A DNA stretch of 64,000 nt from an uncultured Saprospiraceae bacterium (GTDB lineage Bacteria > Bacteroidota > Bacteroidia > Chitinophagales > Saprospiraceae), in contig CALBWK010000044.1 of NCBI GenBank assembly GCA_937969415.1, positions 67-64,066 of the forward strand. The letters run 5' to 3'. The notes under the pieces are model-generated. The model saw only the letters and a program-made list of their open reading frames with translations, ran no database searches and was not told the origin of the DNA. This document shows positions 1 to 10,401 of this stretch, piece after piece. A program made the position numbers and the translations under genes. Position 1 is the first letter of the stretch. The number at the start of each line of letters is the position of its first letter.

Positions 1-1829
1 ACAATAATTGCAACTTATTTCCACAAAATTATCGGTACCTGAGTCAAAATCATATGTACCAGTAAGGCCTTCAAAAATGTTATTTCGTATTATACTTTGA
101 TCACTACTTACAGCCGTAGCGACAATCGTTGATACATTATTTTCTGAAACGAACCGATTGCCATAAATCCTATAATTATTGACACCTGGTCCAAGATCGT
201 CAGCTTCCATACTAATTTTAGGGTCAGAAGTATTTCTGTCGAAAAAAGACCAACAAATATCAACCCTATTACCTTTCAGAACTTTTACATCTGAAAACTG
301 ATTGAAATAACAATTTGCCAAACCAAAAAAGTCCAAATTATTAGTGATAATGTCTGACCCAATGAATGTAGGTCTACTTAGTGCTTCACCTGTAGAAATA
401 AATAACCTATGAGCACCTGATGTACTGTTCGCTGTAATATGACTCTCTAAACATCTGACCCCTTCAAACTTGACCGTTGAGTCAGTAATTTCCAGTTTGC
501 TTTGAATAAACCTACAGTTAGAAATAAAAATATTATCACTAGTAGAATTATAATGTATATCCATTCCATAATTACAATCAAGGAATGTCACAAAATTAAG
601 ATCGATTTCAGTTGAAGATAGATCAATACCAATATTGGCTTGATTTATATCCACCCCATTCATAGAAATTTCTCCATCTGGTTCTACAGAAATCCCATTC
701 CACCGATCTCCACAAGTAAAGTGAACATCAAAGATAGACTGCTCAGCAATCAATCTACCCGAACTGGTGACTGCAATACCTAATCCTCTGCCTACAAAGA
801 TCGTAGCACCTCTAAATATAACCTCTGAGTCTACAATCAAATTCTGCTCTACCCTCCACTCGCCAGTAATTATATCTCCTGAATTTACTATACTCTGAGT
901 TAATAATGGAGAAGTGAAAGTTCTGCTCGGACATTCAGTTTGAAAATTGTCAACATAAATACTATGTGATCCATTAAGTTTCGCAATCATACGATCACCC
1001 TGACCATCAGTAAAGTTTCTTACAAAGCCTCTACAGTTGCCAGAATTAAATCCTGACATAACATTCGTCTCCCATATAGGCTCATAATACAAATTGCCGT
1101 TTGCATCTAATTGATATCCATAATTAACTGGAAATGGTTCAAAATCACCATTGGGTAAACTACAGAGCCCAACCGACTGTGACCAATCAACCCAACAGCC
1201 TTCATCTTCTGGTGTGGCAGGGTCATCAACTTGATATATTGGCCAAATAATTGTCGGGCTATTCTCCTCAGTTTCATGTCGAGGGACGATCGGTGTGTCC
1301 AATACAAAGTCCCTAGCATCATCGACACCTAATGGATCACCCACTTCCCAATCTGGAGGCAAATCTGATGGGCACCCACCGAAATGTTCTAAATCCAACA
1401 AATGCGCCAACTCATGGGCAAGTGTCCCATTTGGTTCAGAATAAGCTCTACTACCAGGTATACCATTCGCCTGACCTGTAGTTCCACCACAAGATGGTGG
1501 GCAATCTTCAACCAAATATACATGAATGAAATTGGGGTCAAACTCAATTGTGCAGTTCCCTTCAGTTAAAAAAGGTTCTGGTGAATTATGGAATAAATCA
1601 TCGTCTACCAAAATCTCTTCACACCAATTAAATCCGATACCATGGTGACCGTAAGCTTCTTCGCAATAATCTTTAGAACTTGTAACTATTGTGGGATCTA
1701 GTCGTTTCCCTTGAGAATCTTGACCTATCCATAGTTTGACATTGACATAATGTGTAATCTGACTAGTAGCTTCAGTCAAAAAGCAGAAAGAAAGAAAGAA
1801 AGAAAGAAAGAAAATTTGAAATTATACAT
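1..1829 (-). CDS. Secreted zinc-metalloprotease-like protein with repetitive beta-helix-like C-terminal part. The 3' end runs off the window. The only ATG is out of frame with the ORF body across a (TTTC)7 tract.
   Basis: Hand translation of the minus strand is open from 1779 to 1. It is absent from the supplied track because no stop lies in the window. It contains HELAHLLDLEH (HExxHxxxxxH) at 1416..1384. The ATG at 1829 reads MYNFKFSFFLSFFLSAF and then hits TGA at 1778..1776. The body frame is offset by one nucleotide. Confidence 0.6.
1786..1813 (-). repeat. Perfect tetranucleotide SSR: (GAAA)7 on the plus strand, (TTTC)7 on the coding strand, inside leader-peptide codons
   Basis: Direct reading: g at 1786, 1790, 1794, 1798, 1802, 1806 and 1810, each followed by aaa. 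Confidence 0.95.
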
Positions 1830-2163
1830 ATCTAAAGTTGTTGATTACATTCTTACATAACTGCCAGGAAGTGTATTTGGCAGATAATGCATATAGGTGA
1901 AAGTTAGCAATAAAAGTCTATTTCTCAAAACATTGAGAAAATTAACGTATGTAAGAATTTCTAATTCGAAATACCAAAATCAACAAAAGAGGAATCAATA
2001 TAAGGCAAGGAAGTAGGTGGATTAAGACGAATCTAGGGTAAGCCAAGTCTGTGATAGCTGCAATGAGAAACACATTCAGAACTCAAAAGAAAAGCACTTA
2101 CCATATTTTCAGGTTCATTGAAAGCCTTTCGTGTAGTTTTACTTCAAGAGCAAACTCACTCCC

Positions 2164-2565
2164 CTACTTGGGATCCGTCATTATCGCATTGACTTGATAA
2201 CGCCAAGCCATATCTAGAATGGCGACGACACTTTCATTTGGTGCTGACTCATTAGGGACAACAACTACAGAAACTTTCTTTGTTCTTTTTTTCTGGTCTC
2301 TGATCTTTTTTTCTATGGTACTCTTTTTTGCTGGACTGCCATCAAGCAGATAGGTGCCATTTTTCTTGATGGTCACTGTAGAGGGCGGATATTTTGGTTG
2401 ATTGCTCTGTGTCTTTTTTGACTGCCCAGGCAATTGCAAGTTGAGTGCATTGGGTACAACAGATGAAGAAGTCAACATAAAGAATATCAACAACAAAAAG
2501 ATGATATCCGTCAGTGATGACATACTGAACTCTGCGCTGACTTTACTATTTTTCTTCATTCCCAT
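2164..2565 (-). CDS. exbD: Biopolymer transport protein ExbD/TolR
   Basis: 133 aa with a single N-terminal TM segment (SSLTDIIFLLLIFFMLTSS). Tandem with a paralog and downstream of ExbB. Confidence 0.85.
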   Translation of the reverse strand: MGMKKNSKVSAEFSMSSLTDIIFLLLIFFMLTSSSVVPNALNLQLPGQSKKTQSNQPKYPPSTVTIKKNGTYLLDGSPAKKSTIEKKIRDQKKRTKKVSVVVVPNESAPNESVVAILDMAWRYQVNAIMTDPK

Positions 2566-2573
2566 AGCCCGTA

Positions 2574-2963
2574 TTATTTAATTGGTTGCGTCGCGATATG
2601 CGCTCTAAGTTTCAGAGAGTTGGCAACTTTCATAGCATCATTAATCTTTTTCCACGGCACACCTACTTCAGCGACTATTGCAAGGGAAGCATTTTCCCTA
2701 TTTGTCATCTGATTTAATTTTGTTCTGATAGCACTTTTGAGGCCAGAGCTGGTAACTTTTTTACTATTGAATGTAAGCTTACCGTCCTTGGTCATCATTA
2801 CGACGAGATCACTCGGCGCTAGCGTCGTACTGTTGGACTCTGGCAGTGTCATATTGATCTGTACCACAGATGAGGTCAACATAAAAAAGATCAATAGCAA
2901 GAAGATGATGTCCGTCAATGACGACATACTAAATTCTGCACTTACTTTACTTCTCTTTTTCAT
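2574..2963 (-). CDS. exbD: Biopolymer transport protein ExbD/TolR (tandem paralog)
   Basis: 129 aa. The N-terminal 35 aa are nearly identical to the 2164..2565 product. Confidence 0.85.
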   Translation of the reverse strand: MKKRSKVSAEFSMSSLTDIIFLLLIFFMLTSSVVQINMTLPESNSTTLAPSDLVVMMTKDGKLTFNSKKVTSSGLKSAIRTKLNQMTNRENASLAIVAEVGVPWKKINDAMKVANSLKLRAHIATQPIK

Positions 2964-2981
2964 ATTGAGGTATTGGGACTA

Positions 2982-3659
2982 TTAGACAGTAGGTTCTTGA
3001 AGAAGATCCATAAACTCTATAGAAGTCATCTCCATTTTGTTGATTGCTTTGTCTACTTGAGACACGAGGTAGTTATATCCTACAAAAGAAATAATACCTA
3101 TAAAAAGTCCTATCGCCGTTGTAATCAAGGCTGTAAAGATACCCCCCGCAAGAACGTCAGGTGTGACATTATCTTCTACTGACATTTTATGGAAGGCCAT
3201 AATCATACCTGTTACCGTTCCGAAGAACCCTATCATCGGTGCTGCTCCAGAGATACTGGCCAACGCAGATAAATTTTTCTCTAGCTTAAAGACTTCTAGG
3301 TTACCGACATTCTCGATAGCTGCATCGATATCTCTGAGTGGCTTACCGATTCTAGCAATACCTTTTTCGACCATTCTAGCATAAGGCGAATTAACACCTG
3401 CGAGCATTGCCTTGGCACCTGCTATATTTCCAGACGTAACGGCAGCTCTGATATTATTCATAAAGCTTTCGTCGATTTTCGTTGCCTTTTTTATCGTAAA
3501 GAATCTTTCGAAAAAGATGAATACCGCTAGTATTGAGAGAAGAAGCAACATAACGTTGATCGTCAGTCCCAAAATACCACCACTTCCGAGAATCTCTATG
3601 ATGTTGATTGACTCAGCAGCTGCATCATCAGCTTGTAAAAAGAATCCTAAATAGCCCAT
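2982..3659 (-). CDS. exbB: MotA/TolQ/ExbB proton-channel protein
   Basis: 225 aa with three TM segments. Conserved GAAPMIGFFGTVTGMI motif. Located upstream of two exbD genes. Confidence 0.9.
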   Translation of the reverse strand: MGYLGFFLQADDAAAESINIIEILGSGGILGLTINVMLLLLSILAVFIFFERFFTIKKATKIDESFMNNIRAAVTSGNIAGAKAMLAGVNSPYARMVEKGIARIGKPLRDIDAAIENVGNLEVFKLEKNLSALASISGAAPMIGFFGTVTGMIMAFHKMSVEDNVTPDVLAGGIFTALITTAIGLFIGIISFVGYNYLVSQVDKAINKMEMTSIEFMDLLQEPTV

Positions 3660-3715
3660 AATTATATTAGTTCGATGATAAACGGCTCATATCGGCCGTA
3701 AATTATTAGATGTAA

Positions 3716-3723
3716 CAAATTTA
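3716..3723 (-). promoter_or_regulatory. Candidate Bacteroidota -7 box (TAAATTTG on the minus strand) for exbB
   Basis: Exact match to TAnnTTTG, 57 nt upstream of the exbB start. The short motif could occur by chance. Confidence 0.25.
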
Positions 3724-3863
3724 TGCATAATAAAACATATTACAACTAATCATTATTTGATATCACTAAAAGTGCGCCAAAATTTCTTAAAGTCATCTTT
3801 AAGTCTGTAGAATAGGGATAAAAAGTAGTTCTTTTGCACCCTAAACCTAACAACTATAGCGCT

Positions 3864-4808
3864 ATGGCAAAGATTCTAATTAATGATGGCATCCACCCTA
3901 CTGGACAAAAAATGCTAGAAGAGGCTGGCTTTGAAGTAGATCTCAACAAAATCGCTCAGGATGATCTGATGGCTAGACTACCAGAATACGATGCTATATG
4001 CGTCAGAAGCGCTACAAAAGTGAGAGAAGCACTCATCACGGCTTGCCCTAACTTAAAGGTGATCGGAAGAGGTGGCGTCGGACTGGATAACATAGATGTA
4101 GACTTTGCCAAGTCTAAAGGTGTTGCAGTTATCAATACCCCTGCTGCAAGTTCTAGGTCCGTAGCAGAGCTAGCCTTTGGACATATGCTAAGTGTCGCTA
4201 GGTTTCTATACAAATCTAATAGACATATGCCCAAGGATGGGAATACCACATTTAAGGCATTGAAGAAGTCCTACTCTAAGGGATTTGAACTGAGTGGTAA
4301 GACACTTGGGGTTATAGGTCTAGGTAGAATCGGCCAAGAAGCGATAAAAATTGCTCTCGGAATGGGTATGAAAGTCCTCGGAGTCGACCCCTACGCAAGT
4401 GATGTATCAGTAGATATACAATTAGGTGATACAAAAGTCTCAGTGCCTGTAACCAAGGTAACGATGGACGAGATGCTGGCTCAAGCAGATATTATAACCT
4501 TACATATACCGTTTACTGGAGCTCCTGTCCTGTCTACTTCTGAGTTTGCAAAAATGAAAGATGGTGTAGTCCTTGTCAATGCGTCTAGAGGTGGTACTGT
4601 CGATGAGGCAGCGCTCCTGGCCGCTCTAGAATCTGACAAAGTAAGAGCAGCTGGATTAGATGTCTTCGAGAATGAGCCTACGCCTCGCCAAGAGTTATTG
4701 CAACATCCCAATGTCTCTTGTACACCACACATAGGGGCCTCTACTGCAGAAGCACAAGAAAACATCGGTATAGAACTAGCAGAAAAGCTAATCAGCCAAC
4801 TCAGCTAA
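3864..4808 (+). CDS. D-isomer-specific 2-hydroxyacid dehydrogenase, probably short-form D-3-phosphoglycerate dehydrogenase
   Basis: NAD-binding motif GVIGLGRIGQE and a C-terminal HIGAST motif. I prefer the ATG at 3864 (MAKILINDG) over the TTG at 3834. Confidence 0.8.
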   Translation: MAKILINDGIHPTGQKMLEEAGFEVDLNKIAQDDLMARLPEYDAICVRSATKVREALITACPNLKVIGRGGVGLDNIDVDFAKSKGVAVINTPAASSRSVAELAFGHMLSVARFLYKSNRHMPKDGNTTFKALKKSYSKGFELSGKTLGVIGLGRIGQEAIKIALGMGMKVLGVDPYASDVSVDIQLGDTKVSVPVTKVTMDEMLAQADIITLHIPFTGAPVLSTSEFAKMKDGVVLVNASRGGTVDEAALLAALESDKVRAAGLDVFENEPTPRQELLQHPNVSCTPHIGASTAEAQENIGIELAEKLISQLS

Positions 4809-4823
4809 GCGCCTGACATTCAA

Positions 4824-5390
4824 CTAGTTACTAGCACCCAAAGGCAACAGCTCTAGGTCAAATACCAGTGGCTCGTGAGGACCTACATAGCCTGGAAATC
4901 CTCTTTCACCATAAGCTAGACGAGAGGGAATAAGTAGCTGGGCTCTTGTGCCGGGATTCATCAACTTGAGGGCTTCATTCCATCCTGGTATCATCTGACC
5001 GACATTGAACATCAGTGGTTGGTTTCTTTTATAGCTAGAGTCAAAGATTTTCCCATCTAATGTGTAGCCTGAGTAATGTGCCTTGCAAGGCTGTCCGTGT
5101 ACATAGGGCGCTCCATTGCCAGCTTGGTGTATGGCGTAGTAGAGACCAGAATTGGTTCTTTTGACATCTAACTCTTTTTCTACGGCATAATCAATCAAGC
5201 GATTTTCGTCCTTCTGGGCTTGCGTGCTAGGATTATCGTGGTAGTTGACATAGAGTTTTGAGATACCCATCATATCAATTTTCTTCTTAGGAGCTGCCGC
5301 AGTATTCCCGACTGATGAAGGGTTTGTCTTATCACTTTTACAACTAGGAAGAATTAGTGTTAGGACTAACAGAATTAAGCAATGTCTCAT
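4824..5390 (-). CDS. FKBP-type peptidyl-prolyl cis-trans isomerase lipoprotein (GldI-like architecture)
   Basis: Leader MRHCLILLVLTLILPSC. FKBP core: YSGYTLDGKIFDSS...GWNEAL...LLIPSRLAYGERG. Confidence 0.8.
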   Translation of the reverse strand: MRHCLILLVLTLILPSCKSDKTNPSSVGNTAAAPKKKIDMMGISKLYVNYHDNPSTQAQKDENRLIDYAVEKELDVKRTNSGLYYAIHQAGNGAPYVHGQPCKAHYSGYTLDGKIFDSSYKRNQPLMFNVGQMIPGWNEALKLMNPGTRAQLLIPSRLAYGERGFPGYVGPHEPLVFDLELLPLGASN

Positions 5391-5513
5391 AATTGGATTT
5401 TCGACCAAAAATACGGTTTAGAAGATAGTTAATATCCTAAGATGCTTAAGTAGGTGTATATTTACACATAGTTTTTTCATTATATGTAAAAACCACTCAG
5501 TCAAAGAATTACA

Positions 5514-6101
5514 ATGCACAAAACAGCCATCCCCAATGGTATATTTTTAGGAGTTGCTATGATGATCTGCTCGTATGTCATCTATATGGTGAACCCCGAC
5601 AAGTTCTTTCAAGCTAGACCGTTGCTGCTCTTATGTATCATATTTTTGATATTCCTCAAGACCGGTTTGGAAGCTAAAGCTGCTAATGGCCAGTATATCT
5701 CGTTTGGACAAGGTTTCAAGAATATGTTTGTCACCGGAGCTATCGGTATATTTCTGTGTGTGTTTTTTGAGTATTTCTTAGTCAACTACCTCAAAACGGA
5801 CTTGATAGAAATCAAACAAGCCATGGAATTAGAATCCATAGAACTCACACGAGAAGTCTTAAATGGCAAGATGGAAGAAGCGATGGATATAGCAGAAGAG
5901 CAAATAGAAAATGGCGTCACCATCAGCTTCAATAGCTATCTACAACAGTTCCTAACAAAGTTATTTATGCCAGTAGCGGCAGTGGCAGCTCTCATCGCTC
6001 TCATTATCAAAAGAACACCACCCCACTCTAAAGATGGTATAGCAAATACAAATAAAGATCCTGAAAATCGTTATGTCATTAACAAGGATAGAGAAGAGTA
6101 A
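5514..6101 (+). CDS. Multi-pass membrane protein, DUF4199-like
   Basis: 195 aa with four hydrophobic segments. It abuts a GT2 gene, a common Bacteroidota arrangement. Confidence 0.6.
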   Translation: MHKTAIPNGIFLGVAMMICSYVIYMVNPDKFFQARPLLLLCIIFLIFLKTGLEAKAANGQYISFGQGFKNMFVTGAIGIFLCVFFEYFLVNYLKTDLIEIKQAMELESIELTREVLNGKMEEAMDIAEEQIENGVTISFNSYLQQFLTKLFMPVAAVAALIALIIKRTPPHSKDGIANTNKDPENRYVINKDREE

Positions 6102-7033
6102 TGCAGCTGACCATCGTCGTACCCCTATACAATGAAGAAGAATCTCTACCAGAGTTGGTAGCGTGGATAGACCGTGTGTTGACAACCTACCCACTGACCT
6201 ATGAGATCATTATGGTCGATGATGGTAGCACAGATACTTCATGGACAGTCATCAAGCAACTCAAGGAAAAATATCCAACGATTAAGGGCATCAAGTTCAG
6301 AAGGAACTATGGAAAGTCAGCTGCACTCAATACTGCCTTTGCTCAAGCTCAAGGGGAGGTAGTCATCACAATGGATGCAGACCTACAGGATAGCCCTGAT
6401 GAAATACCTGAACTCTATGAGCTTATCAAAAAGGAAGGTTATGATATAATCTCTGGTTGGAAAAAAAATAGGCACGACCCTATATCTAAGACTATTCCGA
6501 CAAAACTATATAACTGGGCCACTCGCAAAATGTCAGGGATCCACCTGCATGACATGAATTGTGGACTCAAATCTTACAACGGCGAGGTTATCAAAAACAT
6601 AGAAGTGTATGGAGAGATGCACCGCTACATCCCCATAATGGCCAAGAATGCGGGCTTCGATAAAATAGGTGAGAAAGTAGTCCAACACCAAGCTAGGAAG
6701 TATGGTATATCCAAATTTGGGTTGAGTCGATTTAGTAGGGGCTTATTAGATCTGATGTCCATCACGTTTATGGCCAAATTCAGCAAGCGGCCGATGCATT
6801 TCTTTGGGTCAGTTGGACTGATATCTGGAATATTAGGCACCGTCCTTTTGGCAACATTGACAATACAAAAAGTATTTTTTAATGTTCCGGGTATTGCAGA
6901 CCGCCCTCTATTTTTCTTAGGGATACTATTGGTCATAGTGGGTGTGCAATTATTTATTGCAGGATTTCTAGCGGAAATGATTTCTAGAAGTACAGAACGA
7001 AGAAACGAATATGCGATTTCAGAAACCATCTGA
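6101..7033 (+). CDS. Family 2 glycosyltransferase (polyprenyl-phosphate sugar transferase type)
   Basis: Motifs VVPLYNEEESL, DDGSTD and MDADLQD, with two C-terminal TM segments. Confidence 0.85.
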   Translation: MQLTIVVPLYNEEESLPELVAWIDRVLTTYPLTYEIIMVDDGSTDTSWTVIKQLKEKYPTIKGIKFRRNYGKSAALNTAFAQAQGEVVITMDADLQDSPDEIPELYELIKKEGYDIISGWKKNRHDPISKTIPTKLYNWATRKMSGIHLHDMNCGLKSYNGEVIKNIEVYGEMHRYIPIMAKNAGFDKIGEKVVQHQARKYGISKFGLSRFSRGLLDLMSITFMAKFSKRPMHFFGSVGLISGILGTVLLATLTIQKVFFNVPGIADRPLFFLGILLVIVGVQLFIAGFLAEMISRSTERRNEYAISETI

Positions 7034-8163
7034 TGATGTCTAGGAAAGTAATTTTCATCGGACCGGCTTATCCTTACAAAGGTGGTATTGCAGCCTTTAA
7101 TGAAAGTATGGCCACCACTTTTCAGGAAAATGGATGGGACTGTAAGATTTATACCTTTTCTGATCAATATGCTGTCGCAACAAAAGACAAACTAACCACT
7201 GAGGATCCCCGACCCAACCTAACAATCAGACGAGGGATATACTCCTTTAATCCCTTGAACTGGCTCAAAATATCGAAAGAGATAGTCGATGAACAACCAG
7301 AACTCATCGTCACACAATATTGGATGCCCTACTTGGCGCCGGCGTTTGGGACCATATTCAGAAGTGTCAAAAAAGAACTACCTCAAGTTAAGATTGCCAC
7401 TATTGTGCACAGCTTCAAGCCACACCAGAGTAAAATCGGCGATAAGCAACTCAATAAATTTCTAGCTAATAGAAGTGATTCTTTAATCTGCTTATCCGCA
7501 GGCGTAGAAGAAGAAATCCTTAGTTCTGGCACACAACAACCAGTCACTAAACTTTTTCACCCCATATATACACATTACGGCCTACCCTTAGATACTACAG
7601 TTGCCAAAAAGAAACTGGGATGGAAAGAAGACAAGAAACATTTTCTGTTTTTTGGAGAAGTAAAAAACTATAAAGGTCTAGACATATTACTCTCTGCCTT
7701 ACCTACAGAAGAAGGATATAAAAATAAATTTGAGTTACATATCGCTGGAGAGTTCATTGAGTCAAAGAAGAAATATTTTAGACAAATCGTCAAACTAGGA
7801 CTCAAAGAATATATAGAAATCAAGAACGAATATATACCCAACGAACTCGTCCCAGATCTCTTCTGTGCTGCGGATGCCGTTGTAACGCCTTACAAAAACA
7901 GAACACAAAGTGGTATCATTCCTATAGCTCTGCACTTTGAGCGCCCCATAATTGCAACTACTGCTGGGGATCTTTCTAATGATATCCAGCACTACCAACT
8001 CGGTCTTGTCAGCGCTCCAGACATAGAAGCACTCAATAAAAATTTAAGAAATTTTATCGACGACAAGTGCCCTATCTCTTCTGACTACTCTGTTATCAAA
8101 GAGAATATCTCTTGGCAATCTTTTTATAACGCCTTTAATCAATCTCTGAACTCTACTCATTGA
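7033..8163 (+). CDS. GT-B fold glycosyltransferase (GT4-like)
   Basis: 376 aa. Start overlaps the GT2 stop. C-terminal E-x7-E-like region (FGEVKNYKGLD...PYKNRTQSGI). Confidence 0.7.
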   Translation: MMSRKVIFIGPAYPYKGGIAAFNESMATTFQENGWDCKIYTFSDQYAVATKDKLTTEDPRPNLTIRRGIYSFNPLNWLKISKEIVDEQPELIVTQYWMPYLAPAFGTIFRSVKKELPQVKIATIVHSFKPHQSKIGDKQLNKFLANRSDSLICLSAGVEEEILSSGTQQPVTKLFHPIYTHYGLPLDTTVAKKKLGWKEDKKHFLFFGEVKNYKGLDILLSALPTEEGYKNKFELHIAGEFIESKKKYFRQIVKLGLKEYIEIKNEYIPNELVPDLFCAADAVVTPYKNRTQSGIIPIALHFERPIIATTAGDLSNDIQHYQLGLVSAPDIEALNKNLRNFIDDKCPISSDYSVIKENISWQSFYNAFNQSLNSTH

Positions 8164-8981
8164 TGCGTACTTACGACGGCCTTAATCTCTACACTAAAGC
8201 GTGGACTATACCTGATGCAAAGGCAGATATAGTTTTGACGCATGGCTTCTTTGAACATTGCGAACGCTACTTTGCGGAAGCGGCTTATCTTAATGAGGCA
8301 GGATATTCAATATACAGTTATGACCAGAGAACACATGGGCGATCAGAAGGTAAGCGCCGATCCTACATCTCTGACTTCAAGGCTTATAGTAAGGATTACA
8401 AGCAGTATCTAGAAAAACTTTCGCTAGGAAAAGAAAGACCTTATTTCTTATTAGCACATAGTATGGGCGGCTTGGTGCAAGCAACACATCTCATAGAACA
8501 CAACATAACAGATGCCAACTTTAGAGGAGCACTCTTTACAGCGCCATTCATTATGCCAGATAGAAATACGGCGCCTGCTTTGCAAAAAGTCGCTGGAGTA
8601 GTAGGCACCTTATTGCCTACGTTGAAGGTCATAGAGATCGACTCTACAGCTATATCAAGAGATCCGGAAGAGATAAGAAAATACAACGCCGACCCGCTTA
8701 TCTACACGGATAAGATGTACGCTGCTTCTGGTTATCAATTAATAAAACAAACAAAGAAGATACAACCAGAACTCTCTAAGATTACTTGTCCAATTTTGAT
8801 TTTGCACGGCACAGACGATAAGTTGGCTGAGATCGAGGGCAGTAGACTCTTATATACCAAAGCATCTTCTACGGACAAAGAACTTGTAGAATTCCAAGAC
8901 TATAAGCACGAAATAACAAGAGACCTAGGCAAAGAAAAAGTGTTAGCAACTCTCAAAAACTGGATGAATGCAAGAGTATAA
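8160..8981 (+). CDS. Alpha/beta hydrolase, lysophospholipase/monoacylglycerol-lipase-like
   Basis: Nucleophile elbow AHSMGG. HGFFEH oxyanion region. C-terminal HG.DD and H residues. Confidence 0.8.
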   Translation: MMRTYDGLNLYTKAWTIPDAKADIVLTHGFFEHCERYFAEAAYLNEAGYSIYSYDQRTHGRSEGKRRSYISDFKAYSKDYKQYLEKLSLGKERPYFLLAHSMGGLVQATHLIEHNITDANFRGALFTAPFIMPDRNTAPALQKVAGVVGTLLPTLKVIEIDSTAISRDPEEIRKYNADPLIYTDKMYAASGYQLIKQTKKIQPELSKITCPILILHGTDDKLAEIEGSRLLYTKASSTDKELVEFQDYKHEITRDLGKEKVLATLKNWMNARV

Positions 8982-9747
8982 TCACAAGACAATTTTCATA
9001 TTCTTATTCAGTTGTCTTTTGCTTAGCACTTGTAAACAGACGCCTCAAAGGCCTGCCGCAGTTATACAGTCAGAAACACCGCAAGAACAATCAACACCAC
9101 AAGAACAATCTTCACTCATTTATGAAGTAAGACAACCCACTCTCTCTAACAAACAACCACCCGTACTTATTCTACTACATGGCTATGGCAGCAATGAGAA
9201 AGACTTGTTTTCTTTTGCACCGGCTATTCCTGAGCAATTCTTAGTGATCTGCCCTCAAGCACCTATCCAATTAGCTGACAATAAGTACAGTTGGTTTACA
9301 CTCAATAGACAACAGACAGAATTCAAGTACAATGCTGACGAGGTCTTAAATACCCTACAGCTCCTAAGAAACTTTATTCAAGAAATAAAGACAAAGTACA
9401 AGGTCGACAAGGACGGAATCTATATAGGCGGATTCAGTCAAGGGGCTATAACAACCCTTAGTACTGCTCTACTGTTTCCCGAAGAAATCTCTGGTGTAGT
9501 TTGCCTTAGTGGCGCACTCTATCCTGAAATAAAAGATAAACTACAAAAGTCCTCGAATCTCCCGCGACTTTTTATGTCACACGGCACACAGGACCAAGTT
9601 CTTGATATTCAAAACATAGATTCTGCTCAACAGTTTCTAAAGGATCAAGGCTATGAAGTAACTTATAAGAAATACGATGCGGCGCACACCATCACGCGTC
9701 AAAATTTATCTGATATGGTCAACTGGTTAGCGATCCAAGTTCAATAG
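8968..9747 (+). CDS. Secreted phospholipase/carboxylesterase-family alpha/beta hydrolase
   Basis: Leader with LLSTC. GFSQGA nucleophile elbow. LLHGYGSNE motif. Confidence 0.75.
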   Translation: MQEYNHKTIFIFLFSCLLLSTCKQTPQRPAAVIQSETPQEQSTPQEQSSLIYEVRQPTLSNKQPPVLILLHGYGSNEKDLFSFAPAIPEQFLVICPQAPIQLADNKYSWFTLNRQQTEFKYNADEVLNTLQLLRNFIQEIKTKYKVDKDGIYIGGFSQGAITTLSTALLFPEEISGVVCLSGALYPEIKDKLQKSSNLPRLFMSHGTQDQVLDIQNIDSAQQFLKDQGYEVTYKKYDAAHTITRQNLSDMVNWLAIQVQ

Positions 9748-9748
9748 T

Positions 9749-10393
9749 ATGAGAGAACATCTTCGATTAACTAGAGAAAAAAACAACGAAGAGTATTGGA
9801 ATATTCTGACACACGGCCTCGGAGTGATACTTAGTTTTATAGGCATCTTTTATCTACTTTCAAACACAAAATTAGATGACACAGACTTCAAACTGACGTC
9901 TATTTTATTGTTCGGATTTAGTTCTATAGTGGTCTATATCACGTCAACACTGTATCATTATAACTGGAACAGTCCGTATCGATCTATATTTCGAACGGCA
10001 GATCATATCAGCATTTTTTTTCTGATTGCGGGGAGCTACAGCCCTTTCTTGCTGATCACTTTTACTGAGGAGACAGGATGGAGGTTATTTATTATCATCT
10101 GGTTGATGGCATTTGTAGGCTCGATTTTCAAGTTCTTTTTTACTGGGAAATATGAGATATTTTCTTTGGCATTTTATGTAGCGATGGGATGGACAGTGCT
10201 CATAGAATTTAAGGAGTTTATGGACACAACCCCAGAGCTTACATTCTATCTTCTTATTGCTGGAGGAGCGATGTATTGTATAGGCGTATTCTTTTATCGC
10301 TTAGATAATATGAAATACAACCACGCTATCTGGCACGTTTTAGTCTGTTGTGCTAATTTTCTACACTTCTATGCAGTAGCGACAATACTCTAA
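9749..10393 (+). CDS. Hemolysin III / PAQR family channel protein
   Basis: 214 aa with seven TM segments. Motifs ADHISIFFLIAGSYSPF and HAIWHVLV. Confidence 0.85.
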   Translation: MREHLRLTREKNNEEYWNILTHGLGVILSFIGIFYLLSNTKLDDTDFKLTSILLFGFSSIVVYITSTLYHYNWNSPYRSIFRTADHISIFFLIAGSYSPFLLITFTEETGWRLFIIIWLMAFVGSIFKFFFTGKYEIFSLAFYVAMGWTVLIEFKEFMDTTPELTFYLLIAGGAMYCIGVFFYRLDNMKYNHAIWHVLVCCANFLHFYAVATIL

Positions 10394-10401
10394 GAATCCG
10401 A

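Noticed and set aside
1107-1328. 73-aa minus-strand ORF from the supplied track
   Set aside because: It lies in a different frame, entirely inside the long metalloprotease-like ORF that carries the HExxH motif. It is a shadow ORF.
2164-3659. exbB-exbD-exbD cluster lacking an adjacent tonB, considered as an anomaly
   Set aside because: Tandem exbD paralogs and a tonB encoded elsewhere are common in Bacteroidota, so this is an ordinary arrangement.
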